This document shows positions 10,754 through 22,559 of a DNA stretch of 64,000 nucleotides, in pieces. Within the stretch, counting starts at the first letter, position 1. Each line of letters starts with the position of its first letter. A program made the position numbers and the translations under genes. Source of the DNA: a cyanobacterium endosymbiont of Rhopalodia gibba (GTDB lineage: Bacteria; Cyanobacteriota; Cyanobacteriia; Cyanobacteriales; Microcystaceae); the NCBI GenBank assembly GCA_045159875.1, contig CP067995.1, forward strand, positions 1,184,001-1,248,000, written 5' to 3'. Under the pieces are notes generated by a model. That model was not told where the DNA came from, did no database searches, and saw nothing but the letters and a program-made list of their open reading frames with translations.

Positions 10754-13700
10754 TTAAGAAAAATAGTCCTGTAGTGCCCTAACTTCTAGAGGTTGGGTTT
10801 GTAAAGCTCGAATAGCTGCAACAGTTGCTTTTGCCCCTGCTATTGTTGTGATAACCGGTAGTTTATAATCCAAGGCAGTGCGACGAATTAAGCGACCATC
10901 CATTTGAGATTCTTCACCACTGGGAGTATTGATAATAAATTGAATCTGTTTATTTTTGATCCAATCTATTATATGAGGACGACCTTCATGGAGTTTAAAA
11001 ATAACTTCTACATCTTCAATTCCATTGTCGGATAAGACTTGTTGAGTTCCTGAAGTTGCAACAATTTTAAATCCTAAAGAAACTAGGTCTTTAACGACTG
11101 AAACTGTCGAAACTTTATCTCGATTACTCATGGAAATAAAGACTGTTCCGGTCGTAGCTAAGTCAACTCCAGCAGCAATTTCTGCTTTAGCAAAAGCTTT
11201 ACCAAAGTCATCATCTATTCCCATCACTTCCCCAGTAGAACGCATTTCTGGTCCTAATAAAGTATCAGTTTCTGGAAATTTTTGGAAAGGAAAAACTACT
11301 TCTTTGACAGCAATATGACGGGGAACAAATTCCTCAGTTATTTTTAACTCTTCTAAAGTTTTTCCTGACATAAGTAAAGAGGCAATTTTAGCTAAAGGTC
11401 TTCCCGTTGCTTTAGACACATAGGGAACAGTGCGAGATGCACGAAGATTTGCTTCTAAAATGTAAACATTTTCTCCCTGAATAGCATATTGAATGTTAAT
11501 TAACCCGATAACTTTCAAGCTATTTGCTAAGTTAGTTGTCCAAGTTCTAATAGTATCAATAACCGTGGCAGAAAGGGAGGTAAAAGGAAGAGAACAAGCC
11601 GAATCTCCAGAGTGCACACCTGCTTCTTCAATGTGTTCCATAATGCCGCCAATAACCACATTTCCGGTTATATCACATAAAGCATCAACATCAACTTCGA
11701 TCGCATTTTCAAGAAACCTATCAATTAGAATAGGATAGTTAGGTTCTACTTGTACAGCGTATGTCATGTAATGTTCTAATTCTTTGTCGGAATAGACAAT
11801 TTCCATAGCTCTTCCTCCCAACACATAGGAAGGACGTACAACGACAGGATAACCAATACAAGAAGCAATAACTAATGATTCTTCATAACTGCGAGAAATT
11901 CCGTTAGGAGGTTGTTTAATTTCAATATCATGTAATATCTTGCCAAAGCGCTCCCGATCTTCTGCCGTATCGATTGCGTCGGGAGAGGTTCCCCAAATTT
12001 TGGTTTGGACAGGGCACTCGGGACTATCGAGGTATGCCTGCAAGGGAACTGCCAATTTCAGGGGAGTTTGACCTCCAAATTGAATAATGATACCCACAGG
12101 GTTCTCAGTTTCGATAACGTTCAAGACATCTTCTTTAGTTATGGGTTCAAAATACAATCTATCGCTTGTATCGTAGTCGGTGGAAACGGTTTCAGGGTTA
12201 GAATTCACCATAATGGTTTCAAATCCTGCATCACTGAGGGAAAAGGATGCATGACAGCAACAATAGTCAAATTCAATTCCTTGTCCAATACGGTTAGGAC
12301 CTCCCCCTAAGATCATGACTTTCTGTTTCTCACTAGGAGTCACTTCTGTTTCTGAAGGTTCATAAGTGGAATAGAAATAGGGAGTAAAGGCTTCAAATTC
12401 TGTCGCGCAAGTATCTACAACTTTGTATACTGGAATGATGCCTAAACTCTTGCGATAGCTTCTGACCTCATCTTCATTAGTTTTCGTGGCAAAAGCAATT
12501 TGGTGATCGCTAAACCCTTGTTGTTTAATCAACCGCATTTTTTTTGTCGTAATGTTGGTTAAGGGAGTTTGTTTGAGGAATTTTTCACTTTCACTGAGTT
12601 CTTGTAACTTATCCAAAAACCAGATATCAATGGCAGTCAATTCGTGAATTTCGTCTACGGTCATCCCCAGTTGCAACGCATGATATATACTATAAACACG
12701 ATCAGGATTGGGGGTTCGTAGATTAGCGCGGACTTGGGATAGAGTCGGTAAGGTTTCTTTGTGGTCGCAGCCGAAGCCATATCGTCCTGTTTCTAGTGCT
12801 CGTAAGGCTTTTTGAAAAGACTCTTGAAAAGTTCGTCCTATAGCCATTACTTCGCCTACAGACTTCATTTGGGTAGTTAGAATGGGTTGGGAACCATGGA
12901 ATTTTTCAAATGTAAAACGTGGTATTTTCGTCACCACATAGTCAATGCTCGGTTCAAAGGATGCGGGAGTTTGTTTAGTGATGTCGTTGTTTATTTCATT
13001 GAGAGTGTATCCCACTGCTAATTTAGCGGCAATTTTAGCAATGGGAAACCCTGTTGCTTTGGATGCTAATGCAGATGATCGTGATACACGGGGATTCATT
13101 TCAATGACAATCACATCTCCATTGACAGGGTTAACAGCAAATTGAATATTAGACCCTCCCGTTTCTACGCCAATCTGGCGGATAATTGCTTGAGAATAAT
13201 CTCTCAATCGTTGATATTCTTTGTCAGTTAACGTCTGTGCGGGCGCTACTGTTATAGAGTCCCCTGTATGGATTCCCATAGGGTCAAAGTTTTCGATTGA
13301 ACAGATAACGACCACATTATCAGCTAAGTCCCGCATCACTTCCAATTCATATTCTTTCCATCCTAACAAAGATTTTTCGATTAAAATTTGAGAAACAGGA
13401 GACGCATTAATCCCAAATTGCACCATTTCTTCAAATTCTTCTTGATTATAAGCAATACCTCCTCCCGTTCCTCCAAGAGTGAATGCAGGGCGTATTATCA
13501 AGGGATAAGGTCCAATTTCTTGAACAATTCTCTGTGCTTGTTTGAGGGTACTGGCAATACCCGAAGGACAAACAGGAACCCCAATTTTTGCCATCGCTTT
13601 TTTAAATAACTCCCGATCTTCTGCCATTTCAATAGCTGGCAGTTTCGCACCGATCAATTCCACATTATATCTATCCAAAACTCCACTTTTGGCTAAAGAC

Positions 13701-13999
13701 ACCGTCACATTAAGAGCAGTTTGACCTCCCATTGTTGGTAATAACGCATCAGGACGTTCTTTGGCAATGACTTTTTCTACCATATCGGGGATTAGGGGTT
13801 CGATATAGGTGCGATCAGCCATTTCAGGATCGGTCATAATAGATGCAGGGTTAGAGTTGACCAATACAATTTCATATCCTTCTTCTCGCAATGCTTTACA
13901 AGCTTGAGTCCCAGAATAGTCGAATTCGCTAGCTTGTCCAATAACAATGGGTCCTGCACCTAAAATTAAGATTTTTTTTAAGTCGTTGCGGCGTGGCAT
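10754..13999 (-). CDS. carB: carbamoyl-phosphate synthase large subunit
   Basis: 1081 aa; [15 protein letters not shown], two ATP-grasp domains, [16 protein letters not shown]-terminal MGS domain. Confidence 0.97.
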   Translation of the reverse strand: MPRRNDLKKILILGAGPIVIGQASEFDYSGTQACKALREEGYEIVLVNSNPASIMTDPEMADRTYIEPLIPDMVEKVIAKERPDALLPTMGGQTALNVTVSLAKSGVLDRYNVELIGAKLPAIEMAEDRELFKKAMAKIGVPVCPSGIASTLKQAQRIVQEIGPYPLIIRPAFTLGGTGGGIAYNQEEFEEMVQFGINASPVSQILIEKSLLGWKEYELEVMRDLADNVVVICSIENFDPMGIHTGDSITVAPAQTLTDKEYQRLRDYSQAIIRQIGVETGGSNIQFAVNPVNGDVIVIEMNPRVSRSSALASKATGFPIAKIAAKLAVGYTLNEINNDITKQTPASFEPSIDYVVTKIPRFTFEKFHGSQPILTTQMKSVGEVMAIGRTFQESFQKALRALETGRYGFGCDHKETLPTLSQVRANLRTPNPDRVYSIYHALQLGMTVDEIHELTAIDIWFLDKLQELSESEKFLKQTPLTNITTKKMRLIKQQGFSDHQIAFATKTNEDEVRSYRKSLGIIPVYKVVDTCATEFEAFTPYFYSTYEPSETEVTPSEKQKVMILGGGPNRIGQGIEFDYCCCHASFSLSDAGFETIMVNSNPETVSTDYDTSDRLYFEPITKEDVLNVIETENPVGIIIQFGGQTPLKLAVPLQAYLDSPECPVQTKIWGTSPDAIDTAEDRERFGKILHDIEIKQPPNGISRSYEESLVIASCIGYPVVVRPSYVLGGRAMEIVYSDKELEHYMTYAVQVEPNYPILIDRFLENAIEVDVDALCDITGNVVIGGIMEHIEEAGVHSGDSACSLPFTSLSATVIDTIRTWTTNLANSLKVIGLINIQYAIQGENVYILEANLRASRTVPYVSKATGRPLAKIASLLMSGKTLEELKITEEFVPRHIAVKEVVFPFQKFPETDTLLGPEMRSTGEVMGIDDDFGKAFAKAEIAAGVDLATTGTVFISMSNRDKVSTVSVVKDLVSLGFKIVATSGTQQVLSDNGIEDVEVIFKLHEGRPHIIDWIKNKQIQFIINTPSGEESQMDGRLIRRTALDYKLPVITTIAGAKATVAAIRALQTQPLEVRALQDYFS

Positions 14000-14013
14000 A
14001 AGCGTTTTTGTAG

Positions 14014-14048
14014 AGTAGATAGAATAAACCGAGGTTATTCTATCTACT
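14014..14048. repeat. inverted repeat (14-bp arms) in carB 5' leader
   Basis: AGTAGATAGAATAA-accgagg-TTATTCTATCTACT, 14 bp upstream of the carB start codon. Confidence 0.85.
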
Positions 14049-14979
14049 GTCTGTAGGATTTTATGTTTACCCTAATCCTTTATTCAGGTTTAAGGGATTT
14101 GGGAAAGGCAATAAACAATAGGTAAAAATTAAGTTTTTTGGATTTTATATCCTGATTTCTATCTAATTCACTAAAACTAGTAACGAATGTATTAAGTCTA
14201 GTTTTGTTTATGAGTGATAATCCGTCACAATTTACTACCAATCCTTGAAACTCAGTTTATCATGAGAAACTGTATAATTATTTTTTTTCTTAAGATATCA
14301 ATAAAAAATCATGTACGATAGTTTAATTCACTTGGCTGGAGCAGTATTGAGTCGAAATCAGAAGACTTGCGTAATTCAGAAAAAGACATTTATTTTCGTT
14401 AAAATGACACTGATTAGAATTCGTTGTTTAAAAAGTAAAAATACGTTTTTTGTACCTGCTTATATGACTAATTACTATGACACGTAGTTCAGAATAATAT
14501 TATTTGAGCATGTTAGTTATTAATGAGCATCTTTTTAGGTCTATAAGGGACAGATTTATATTTAGAAATTAATAAACTTTGTCTTAAAAAGTAAAGTAAA
14601 GAGATAAATTTACTAAGACTTCTATTATACAATGAGCTGTTTTGGAATTAAAAGAATTATTTTTGATATCAGTATAGAAGATAGTTATTGCTGCTTATCA
14701 AGAAAAAAATGTATGATTATCTCCCGTATTTTTATAATTACATTGTGTCTTTCTCCCTAGCTTTGATAATCTTTACGTCAAACTTTTTGACTAGAAAAAA
14801 ATTCAGGGAATGTCTATGCTCAATATTTTTGTTTAATTTCATTGACTCTATTGATTTTCAACTTTCCCTCGCTTGAATACTTCTAGGAATTATTCAAACA
14901 ATTCCAAAAACCCGATCCCCTAAACTCCTCAAAGTTTGATAGTCTAAACTAATACCTATAGGGAACGGGATATAAATTT

Positions 14980-16143
14980 GTGGATATAGTGATAGGTCGA
15001 GGTAAAACTGCCCGACGAGCCTACGGGATAGATGAAATTGCTCTTGCTCCTGGGAACCGAACTTTAGACCCGAGTTTAACACAGACTAACTGGACTGTCG
15101 GTGGCATTGAAAGGAACATACCCATTATTGCCAGTGCAATGGATGGCGTCGTTGATGTCAAAATGGCGGTATTGCTATCCGAATTAGGAGCCATAGGAGT
15201 TCTCAACTTAGAAGGGATACAAACTCGCTATGAGGATCCTAATCCTATTCTTGATCGCATTGCATCAGTTGGGAAATCAGAATTTGTAGGGTTAATGCAA
15301 GAATTATATGCTAAATCTGTCGAACCGGAATTGATTAAGAAGCGTATCACTGATATTAAAGACCAAGGGGGCATTGCAGCAGTAAGTCTGACTCCAGCGG
15401 GAGCTTCTCAATATGGTCAAATGGTGGCCGAAGCAGGAGCAGATTTACTATTTGTTCAAGCGACGGTGGTTTCTATCGCTCACTCTTCCCCTAAATCCAT
15501 CAGTTCCCTAAACATAAGGCAATTTTGCCACGAAATGCCTATGCCGGTGGTTTTGGGCAACTGTGTTACTTACGAAGTTGCATTAAGTCTGATGAAAGCC
15601 GGGGCAGCCAGTGTTTTAGTAGGCATAGGTCCTGGGGCTGCTTGTACCTCCCGTGGTGTGTTAGGGGTAGGAGTTCCTCAAGCAACTGCTGTAGCTGACT
15701 GTGCCGCGGCACGCGATGAGTATTACCAAGAAACTGGACACTACATTCCTGTAATTGCCGATGGGGGAGTTGTGACAGGAGGAGATATTTGTAAATGTGT
15801 CGCCTGTGGGGCTGATGCGGTGATGATTGGCTCCCCAATTGCTCGGTCGATAGAAGCCCCTGGACGGGGATATCATTGGGGTATGGCGACTCCTTCTCCA
15901 GTATTACCGAGGGGAACTCGGATTGATGTGGGAATCACTGGAACAATTAAGGAAATTCTCACCGGACCTGCTCGATTAGACGATGGAACCCACAACTTAT
16001 TAGGTGCACTCAAAACCAGTATGGGAACTTTAGGAGCAAAAACCATAAAAGATATGCAACAGGTTGAAGTTGTAATTGCACCGTCTTTATTAACAGAAGG
16101 AAAAGTATACCAAAAAGCTCAAAAGTTAGGCATGGGTAAGTAA
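14980..16143 (+). CDS. guaB: IMP dehydrogenase (cyanobacterial GuaB3 type)
   Basis: AYGIDEIAL, ASAMDGV, catalytic GIGPGAACTSR, IADGG, HWGMA. Confidence 0.92.
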   Translation: MDIVIGRGKTARRAYGIDEIALAPGNRTLDPSLTQTNWTVGGIERNIPIIASAMDGVVDVKMAVLLSELGAIGVLNLEGIQTRYEDPNPILDRIASVGKSEFVGLMQELYAKSVEPELIKKRITDIKDQGGIAAVSLTPAGASQYGQMVAEAGADLLFVQATVVSIAHSSPKSISSLNIRQFCHEMPMPVVLGNCVTYEVALSLMKAGAASVLVGIGPGAACTSRGVLGVGVPQATAVADCAAARDEYYQETGHYIPVIADGGVVTGGDICKCVACGADAVMIGSPIARSIEAPGRGYHWGMATPSPVLPRGTRIDVGITGTIKEILTGPARLDDGTHNLLGALKTSMGTLGAKTIKDMQQVEVVIAPSLLTEGKVYQKAQKLGMGK

Positions 16144-16312
16144 TTTATCGCAATTCCTATGTTGGTGAAGCATACAGTTTTTTTTATGAGTAGCTTATGA
16201 GTCCGAAAAGTTCTATCATTGACGGTTAAGAATCACAGCTCTTCTAGCCTAGCTATGACAAGGTCTTCATGAAAAAGCTAAGATTCTTGCTCTATAAGAT
16301 TTACAGGATTAT

Positions 16313-16344
16313 GAAAACTTGATTTTGATCAAAATCAAGTTTTC
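16313..16344. repeat. perfect 32-bp palindrome, no loop, centred on GATC
   Basis: GAAAACTTGATTTTGA|TCAAAATCAAGTTTTC. Confidence 0.95.
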
Positions 16345-16511
16345 GCAGTGATAGAATACCAAAAATAACTTGCGGTTCTTCTTGTGTTTGTACCTATTTC
16401 ATCTTTATTAAAAAAGTACATTAACTGATTTTATTTCAGTGTGTTGAACATTGAATTAAACTAAACTTTAATTCACCTTTAGTATGACGCTTGGTACAAT
16501 TAGATTAGCGA

Positions 16512-17042
16512 ATGATAGCCACGGATAGGAGGCGTAAGACAATGCAATCCCTCTACATTCCTCATTTACTTCAATGTACCGAGAGAACCCAAACTATTCT
16601 TATTGATGATTTTATCCCTGACTTAGATACTTTGATGCCTTTTCGTGGGTCCCTGAGCATTCGTCATGGGGGAACATTCCTAGATATAAAATTAAGGGGG
16701 GAAACCATTATTACGTTGATCTGCGATCGCTGCGCACAACAATACAATCATCGTATTGTTGTCGATACTTCGGAAATTGTCTGGCTCGACAAAAACCTAA
16801 GCTTGTCTGAAATTCCCCAAGAAAGAGAAGTTTCTTGGGAGGATTTATCAGAAACCCTTTCCCCTAATGGACATCTTAATTCTGAAACCTGGCTTTATGA
16901 ACAATTATCATTGGCAATGCCTCTTAGAAGGTTATGTGGAAAGAACTGTCAGCAACCTATTTCTGATTGTGCTCAAAATCCATCCCCCATTGATAATCGT
17001 TGGGCTTCGTTAGAATGTTTAAAACAAAAGCTTTCACAATGA
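16512..17042 (+). CDS. YceD/DUF177 family large-ribosomal-subunit accumulation protein (true start probably 16542)
   Basis: CDRC motif, WLYEQLSLAMP, C-x3-C, IDNRWASL. Confidence 0.85.
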   Translation: MIATDRRRKTMQSLYIPHLLQCTERTQTILIDDFIPDLDTLMPFRGSLSIRHGGTFLDIKLRGETIITLICDRCAQQYNHRIVVDTSEIVWLDKNLSLSEIPQEREVSWEDLSETLSPNGHLNSETWLYEQLSLAMPLRRLCGKNCQQPISDCAQNPSPIDNRWASLECLKQKLSQ

Positions 17043-17989
17043 TGGTGAAGTTTTAGTAAGTTTTAATACATTGAAACTGTTTATTATTGTTAGTAGTAGG
17101 ACAATAGGTAAGAGAAACTATCCAACACTGTCAATATCTGGCTTGCCGAAGTCTATTATTAACTGATTTGATAGCACTATATATTTATGTTATGGTAACT
17201 TATAATTCATCAAACTTTCTCTCAACAAAATTGTTTATTCTACAATTTTCTATAAAATAGTAAAAAGTATCCTCCAACTATAAAGTCTGTAAACTCTAAC
17301 TTTATTAGCCAATCCTAGAGTAATATAAATCAGGAGAAGATATTTGAAAACTAACTTGAATTGCTGGTCTTCTTTAAACTCTTTAGCTGAGTTAGATAGT
17401 CTCTATTTATGAACAGGTATTGGCAAAAATAATAGGACAACTTCCCAAATGAGACTAACAATTATTATTTGTGATAAGTCTCCTATCTCAGATATATTAA
17501 TTATAATATTTGTATTTTAACGTATTGCCCGTCTCAAGAGGATTTTTTCTTAAAAAACTTGACTAAATTTAAGTTAGCCTTTGAAGTAAGAGCTGTAGTT
17601 AAAAGTGTTTCAGATAGAGCATTATTTCAAGAAACATAACTTCTAGTTCATACTTTACTCGATACATTGGAAAAATATGCTCAAGATTATTATCTCTTAT
17701 TAAGAAAGTATTGACTCTTCATATAATAATTAAAAAGATAGATGATCTCCGTAAAGATAGAAAAATAAGGGCGATGATTCATCTTGAGCTAGGTGATCTT
17801 TTATTTCTAACTTTTGAAGGAGAAACTATTACTTAAAAAATATGTTCTGGAGTTTATATCTCTTTTATCAAGAAAGCAGTTTATTATGATAATTATCATC
17901 AATTAAATTTAAAGAATAGTTAAATTTTTATGTAAAAGTAACAGAAAAAAAATAAACAACAAATACCTTGAAATAGAGGTCTTCTATTG

Positions 17990-19150
17990 ATAATCGATTT
18001 TCCTTCTGTATGACGACGATACAGTCTCCCATTACCCTCACTATTGGACAATTAATTCAAGATAATTTTGGAACAACTTCTTTAGAGCAAGAAGTTGTTG
18101 ATTATTGCACTCCTCCAGAGGTGAAAATTAAAATTAGTGAGTTGATTAAAAATTACGAGAACCATAAGTATAAGGATGTTCAAGGCGTAAAATTGTTGTT
18201 TTATTTGATTTCTAATAAGTTAGAACAAGACGATAATATTTATCTTAAAAGTAATCAATCTATAATTTTAACGGACGGGGGAAACATAGCATTTATGAAT
18301 GTTATTTTTGCGTGTTCACTAAAGGCGGAGACGAAATTATTCTCAATATGCCTTATTATTTTAACCATGAGACTGCAATCATGATGGCTAGCTGTCATAC
18401 TGTATTAGTAGCCACTTATAAATCTTATCAGTTTTGTCTTGATGCTATCAAAAAAGAAATTGATAACAAAACTCGGGCAGTTTTATTACTATTTTTCCTA
18501 AAAATCCTAGCAGGATCAGCTTATCACAAGTCAGTCTTGAGGAAATATAATAAAGTCCTTTGTTTTGACTTTATTATATTTTTTATGAAACCTATGAAAA
18601 TTTTACCTATAATAAGGTTAAGCATTTTTTCCTGGCTTAATTATTGGTGGTAAACCTAATACGATTTTTCCATATGGTCTTTCTAAAAAATATTGGTTTG
18701 CTAGTTTGTGTATTGGTTATATACTGATTCATAAACGTCTTTTAGCCGGAGTGAAAAAAGTTCAGGACACAATTAATTTTAATTTGTCGGCCTGTTATTT
18801 CTCAATATGCCGCACCAGCTGCTTTAAATGTAAATAAAAGCTATTGTTATCAATATTTACCATAATTGCTCATATTCTAGGGTTTTTATTGACTTATCTT
18901 CAGAGTATTGGGGATATCTACACCGTTATTCTCTCCGAGAAGTGTTTGATATTTTTCTGAAGATTAATACCGATATAAAAGATTTTGATTGAGTTAAAAA
19001 GTTAATTGAAACATATGAAGTTACTGTCCTTTCTGACAAGATTTTTGGAATAATTAATGGATGTTATTTTCGAGTTGCTTACGGTTGTTTGCACCTAGCA
19101 ATGGTAAAAGAGGAAATTTAAAGATTAAAATAAGGGTTAAGACAGATTTA
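17990..19150 (+). pseudogene. class I/II PLP-dependent aminotransferase remnant
   Basis: Split ORFs 18010..18384 (IQSPI...GTTSLEQEVV ~ VQSPI...GTISLGQGVV; GGNIAFMN) and 18312..18653 (GDEIILNMPYYFNHETAI); later YGLSK and CYFRVAYG fragments; frameshifts and stops. Confidence 0.8.
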
Positions 19151-19167
19151 CTAATTTGGAAGCGGTT

Positions 19168-19773
19168 TTAACTGAGCGGTCCCAAATACTTGCGTAAATA
19201 AGGAGAAAACACCTCATAAATCAGAGTTAAAGGTTTACAATCATGCCAAAATAAATAATGTCTACCCCAAAAAGGGCCTTTTTCTCCAAATGCCTCTTCT
19301 AAAGCAGAGGAATTGCCATGATAAATTCCTTGAATATCACGATACAATTCCGTATATGATTGTGAGAGACTCTCCCAAATGGGTAAGGAGACATTCTGTA
19401 AATGTTCATCTATATGATTTGCATTCCACCAAGAGGCAGCATAGGCTAATCTTTTTCCTGATGCTGTTCGTAGCCAAACCTGTCGTCGGAGACGAGGTTC
19501 AGGGACATTTTCAATCTGTGCAGGAGCGCCATCTCCATTCCTACTAATCAAGGACATGTCAATGAGATCAACCTCTGTGTTTTCTGTCGTAAGTAATTGT
19601 AGATGACGAGTTAGAGAACCATCCCCTAACAATAGAATCTGCCAGACAGGAGATAATTGATGATGAGGAAGTCCCTGTTTGACTTGTTCTTCGTCACCTT
19701 TCCAAATAATGTCGAGAGCGTGCCATTGATGAGTGAATCTTGTGTTGTTATCAGAGTTTAAAATTACTGTCAC
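19168..19773 (-). CDS. ubiC: chorismate pyruvate-lyase (DUF98/Ycf21-type UbiC)
   Basis: LLLGDGSLTRHL, RRQVWL, AYAASWW, FWGRHYLFW, LTLIYEVFSP. Confidence 0.8.
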   Translation of the reverse strand: MTVILNSDNNTRFTHQWHALDIIWKGDEEQVKQGLPHHQLSPVWQILLLGDGSLTRHLQLLTTENTEVDLIDMSLISRNGDGAPAQIENVPEPRLRRQVWLRTASGKRLAYAASWWNANHIDEHLQNVSLPIWESLSQSYTELYRDIQGIYHGNSSALEEAFGEKGPFWGRHYLFWHDCKPLTLIYEVFSPYLRKYLGPLS

Positions 19774-19839
19774 TGGTTTTAAAAAAGACTTTGTAACTTC
19801 TAAGATTATAATAACAAGACTGAACCTTTGTAGGAACGA

Positions 19840-20736
19840 ATGTTTGGATTTATCGCCTTAAATAAACCCTCAGAAATTACGTCTCATGATTGTGTAGCCA
19901 GAGTTAGAAAGATTCTTAAACTCAGCAAAGTTGGTCACGGTGGAACCCTGGATCCTTTAGCAACTGGAGTTTTACCTATTGCTGTGGGGAAAGCCACTCG
20001 TTTGTTGCAATTTCTCCCGGAAAATAAAACTTACCGTGCCCTGATTCGCCTGGGAGTGCAGACAACCACTGATGACCTCCAAGGGGAGGTAGTTAAGTCT
20101 CAATCTGCTTCTATCTTAACCTTAGAACAAGTTGAGCCTCTACTGCATCAGTTTATTGGAACTATTCAACAGACTCCTCCTATTTATAGTGCTATTCAAC
20201 GTGATGGTAAACGGTTATATAGTTTAGCAAGACAAGGAAAAACGGTAGATATTCCGGCAAAAAAAGTTTATATTGAGCAAATCAACATAGTTGGTTGGTA
20301 CACCGGGGAATTTCCCGAATTAGAAGTTGATATTGTTTGTGGTCCAGGGACTTATATTCGAGCAATCGCCCGCGATTTGGGGACTATGCTTAATTTGGGT
20401 GGGACTTTGGCTAGGTTAACTCGTACTGAAAGTTGTGGTATGAAGTTATCTGAAAGTATTACTTTAGGAGAATTAAAAACAGAGATTGAACAGGGAAATT
20501 TTAGCTTAATTTCTTTAAATGTTGCCCTACAACATTTAAAGAAAATACTTTTGTCAGAAACGGACGGAAAACGTTGGCTTCAAGGACAAAAAATTGTTCA
20601 AGATTTACTGCCATTACCTGTTTCTGGAGTTGTTAGAGTATATCAACAAGAAGACAAGTTATTAGGCATAGGAAATGTAGTCAAATTTGAAAATTATCAG
20701 GTTTTAAGTCCTAAAGTTGTTATTTTAAATAAGTAA
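19840..20736 (+). CDS. truB: tRNA pseudouridine(55) synthase
   Basis: KVGHGGTLDPLATGVL, TTTDDLQG, PPIYSAI, GTYIRAIARDLG. Confidence 0.96.
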   Translation: MFGFIALNKPSEITSHDCVARVRKILKLSKVGHGGTLDPLATGVLPIAVGKATRLLQFLPENKTYRALIRLGVQTTTDDLQGEVVKSQSASILTLEQVEPLLHQFIGTIQQTPPIYSAIQRDGKRLYSLARQGKTVDIPAKKVYIEQINIVGWYTGEFPELEVDIVCGPGTYIRAIARDLGTMLNLGGTLARLTRTESCGMKLSESITLGELKTEIEQGNFSLISLNVALQHLKKILLSETDGKRWLQGQKIVQDLLPLPVSGVVRVYQQEDKLLGIGNVVKFENYQVLSPKVVILNK

Positions 20737-20780
20737 AAAAAAATAATTTACAAAATAATTCCTATTTGAATTAGTCTATA

Positions 20781-20818
20781 AGTTAGATATTTACTATTTG
20801 TTTGGTAAATATCTAACT
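20781..20818. repeat. inverted repeat (14-bp arms) downstream of truB, possible terminator
   Basis: AGTTAGATATTTAC-tatttgtttg-GTAAATATCTAACT. Confidence 0.75.
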
Positions 20819-20975
20819 CTTAATAAGAATTAAGACAACTTACTTGGGTTGAAAATAGAGTGGAAAATATATTGGCTTTAATAAAAAAAATTCCACTTTT
20901 TTCTACTTAGGGAAAAAAAGAATTGTTTATTATTTGGGACTGACATTCTCTAGATTGGGAAGCTAGGATCGAAGT

Positions 20976-21746
20976 ATGGATAAAAAATTACTCTATTATT
21001 ACACTGGAGTCGTAAGGAGATTTAACATCATGTCTGACTTAAGTTATGGTAAATCTGGGATAGCTACAGCAATCTCGTTATTAATTGGAATAACGGCAGT
21101 AAATCCCATTTATTTCTTAAAACCGGCAGCAGCTCAACTATTTTCTCTAGAAAATAACAATAACTCTAGTACCATTTCCAATGATGTAATAATTCCTCTC
21201 GGGACTCGAATTCCCCTCCGACACCAAGATGTTAAAAAAATTCTTGTCACTAACGAAGAAAGTCTTGAGATAACTCTAGAAACTGCGGCCAATGTTAAGG
21301 ATCGCTACGGTAATTTTTTGGTTCCGGTAGGTAGTAAAGTTATGGGCTTCATACAACCAGCTAATGGGGGAGCACAGTTTGTTACACGAGAAATTATCAT
21401 TGATAATCAACGGTATCCTCTTTATGCAAGTTCTAGGGTCGTGACTCGGACAGAAACTATTAATGAAGGTGCAAGTGTGGAGGAAATTTTAGGGGGAACT
21501 TTGGCCGGTTCTGCTGCTGCTGCTATTATTGCTGGAACGACTGGCGATCGCCGCATTGATGCTTTAGAAGTCTTAGCCGGCGCTGCGATAGGGACCCTGG
21601 CCGGATGGAGCTTACCAGAGTCCGGACTTATTGGAGGGAGTGAAACTCAGGTTATCTCTATTGATCCTAACCAAGATTTAGCTATTATTCTAGAGTCGAA
21701 TTTAACTTTAACAGGGAACAATAGGGGAAGTTATAAACGTTTTTAA
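20976..21746 (+). CDS. conserved cyanobacterial exported protein with glycine-zipper region (probable start 21030)
   Basis: Signal-like segment ending PAAAQLF, IPLGTRIP, GGAQFV and GTLAGSAAAAII..GAAIGTLAG glycine zipper. Confidence 0.65.
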   Translation: MDKKLLYYYTGVVRRFNIMSDLSYGKSGIATAISLLIGITAVNPIYFLKPAAAQLFSLENNNNSSTISNDVIIPLGTRIPLRHQDVKKILVTNEESLEITLETAANVKDRYGNFLVPVGSKVMGFIQPANGGAQFVTREIIIDNQRYPLYASSRVVTRTETINEGASVEEILGGTLAGSAAAAIIAGTTGDRRIDALEVLAGAAIGTLAGWSLPESGLIGGSETQVISIDPNQDLAIILESNLTLTGNNRGSYKRF

Positions 21747-21933
21747 CAAAAATCATTGTGAAGACTGAGATAAAATAATTTGTGTATTTTCTATCTATTT
21801 TTTAAAGTAAGGTAAGTTTTGACAGAAAATTATGGATAAAAGAAGCAGTGGAAACTCTATATGCTATAAGCCTTATCTATTGACGTCTGATGCTATGGAG
21901 ATAAAATATTGTCCCGCTCTTACTGAAATATTT

Positions 21934-21949
21934 TGTGATCTAAATCACT
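21934..21949. promoter_or_regulatory. CRP-type binding site
   Basis: TGTGA-tctaaa-TCACT, 14/16 to the TGTGATCTAGATCACA consensus, with T-rich left flank. Confidence 0.45.
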
Positions 21950-22049
21950 ATCTATGAAAAATTTGAACGGCGTTTTAATCTTGTTCCTAAATTGACATTA
22001 TTGATTTTGGCAAAAAAATTCCGTTTCCGTTTGAGTTTAGGTCAATTTA

Positions 22050-22530
22050 TGACCATTAGAATTGCTTATCCTTAGTCAGAATGTTGAAACATTAAATAAT
22101 TTGATAAATTCCAAATTCTCCCTCATGACAAAAAAGCATTTCCTAAAGTTTTCAATGGGGTTTAAATCGAGAGAATAAGGAGATGAAACAAGACTTGTGC
22201 TCATATTGCATTAGTTCTCTACCTTCTGTTGCTTTATAAGCCAGTCAATTATTTATAACTACATAGGCCTCTGGCCAGGTTTGTGGTATCAGCACTCCTG
22301 TTTCATCAGTAAGAAAAGCTTTTTTATTGATCTATACTTAAAAAGTAAAAGGGGCTAACCCAATAGAATGAGCGGTTTTGATTGACCTAATTATTGGGAC
22401 ATTTTTAATAGACTCGTTCCCTTTTACTTGCTCTAGTACACTAACAAGTGATCGCTAGCTCAACTCCGGTTTCGTCAATCAAAACTATCTCTTAAAATTT
22501 TAATTGTTTTGGTCTTATTGTTGGGTTTTA
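22050..22530 (-). mobile_element. IS630-family transposase remnant (DDE domain)
   Basis: IVLIDETGVELAIT, AFLTDETGVLIPQTWPEAYVVI, SPYSLDLNPIENF with stops. Confidence 0.8.
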
Positions 22531-22559
22531 TGATTTTAGTGGGAATATCCATGGAGTAC

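Noticed and set aside
14213..14229. AGTGA-N7-TCACA CRP-like site
   Set aside because: Spacer is 7 rather than 6 bp.
14688..14876. 62-aa ORF upstream of guaB
   Set aside because: Low-complexity F/I/L/K composition expected from AT-rich non-coding DNA.
17560..17870. Protein-like fragments (HTLLDTLEKYAQDYY; KIRAMIHLELGDLLF)
   Set aside because: Likely decayed gene but unidentifiable without a search.
18010..18653. Two overlapping ORFs as a two-gene module or programmed frameshift
   Set aside because: Consecutive pieces of one aminotransferase with many further stops and degraded motifs.
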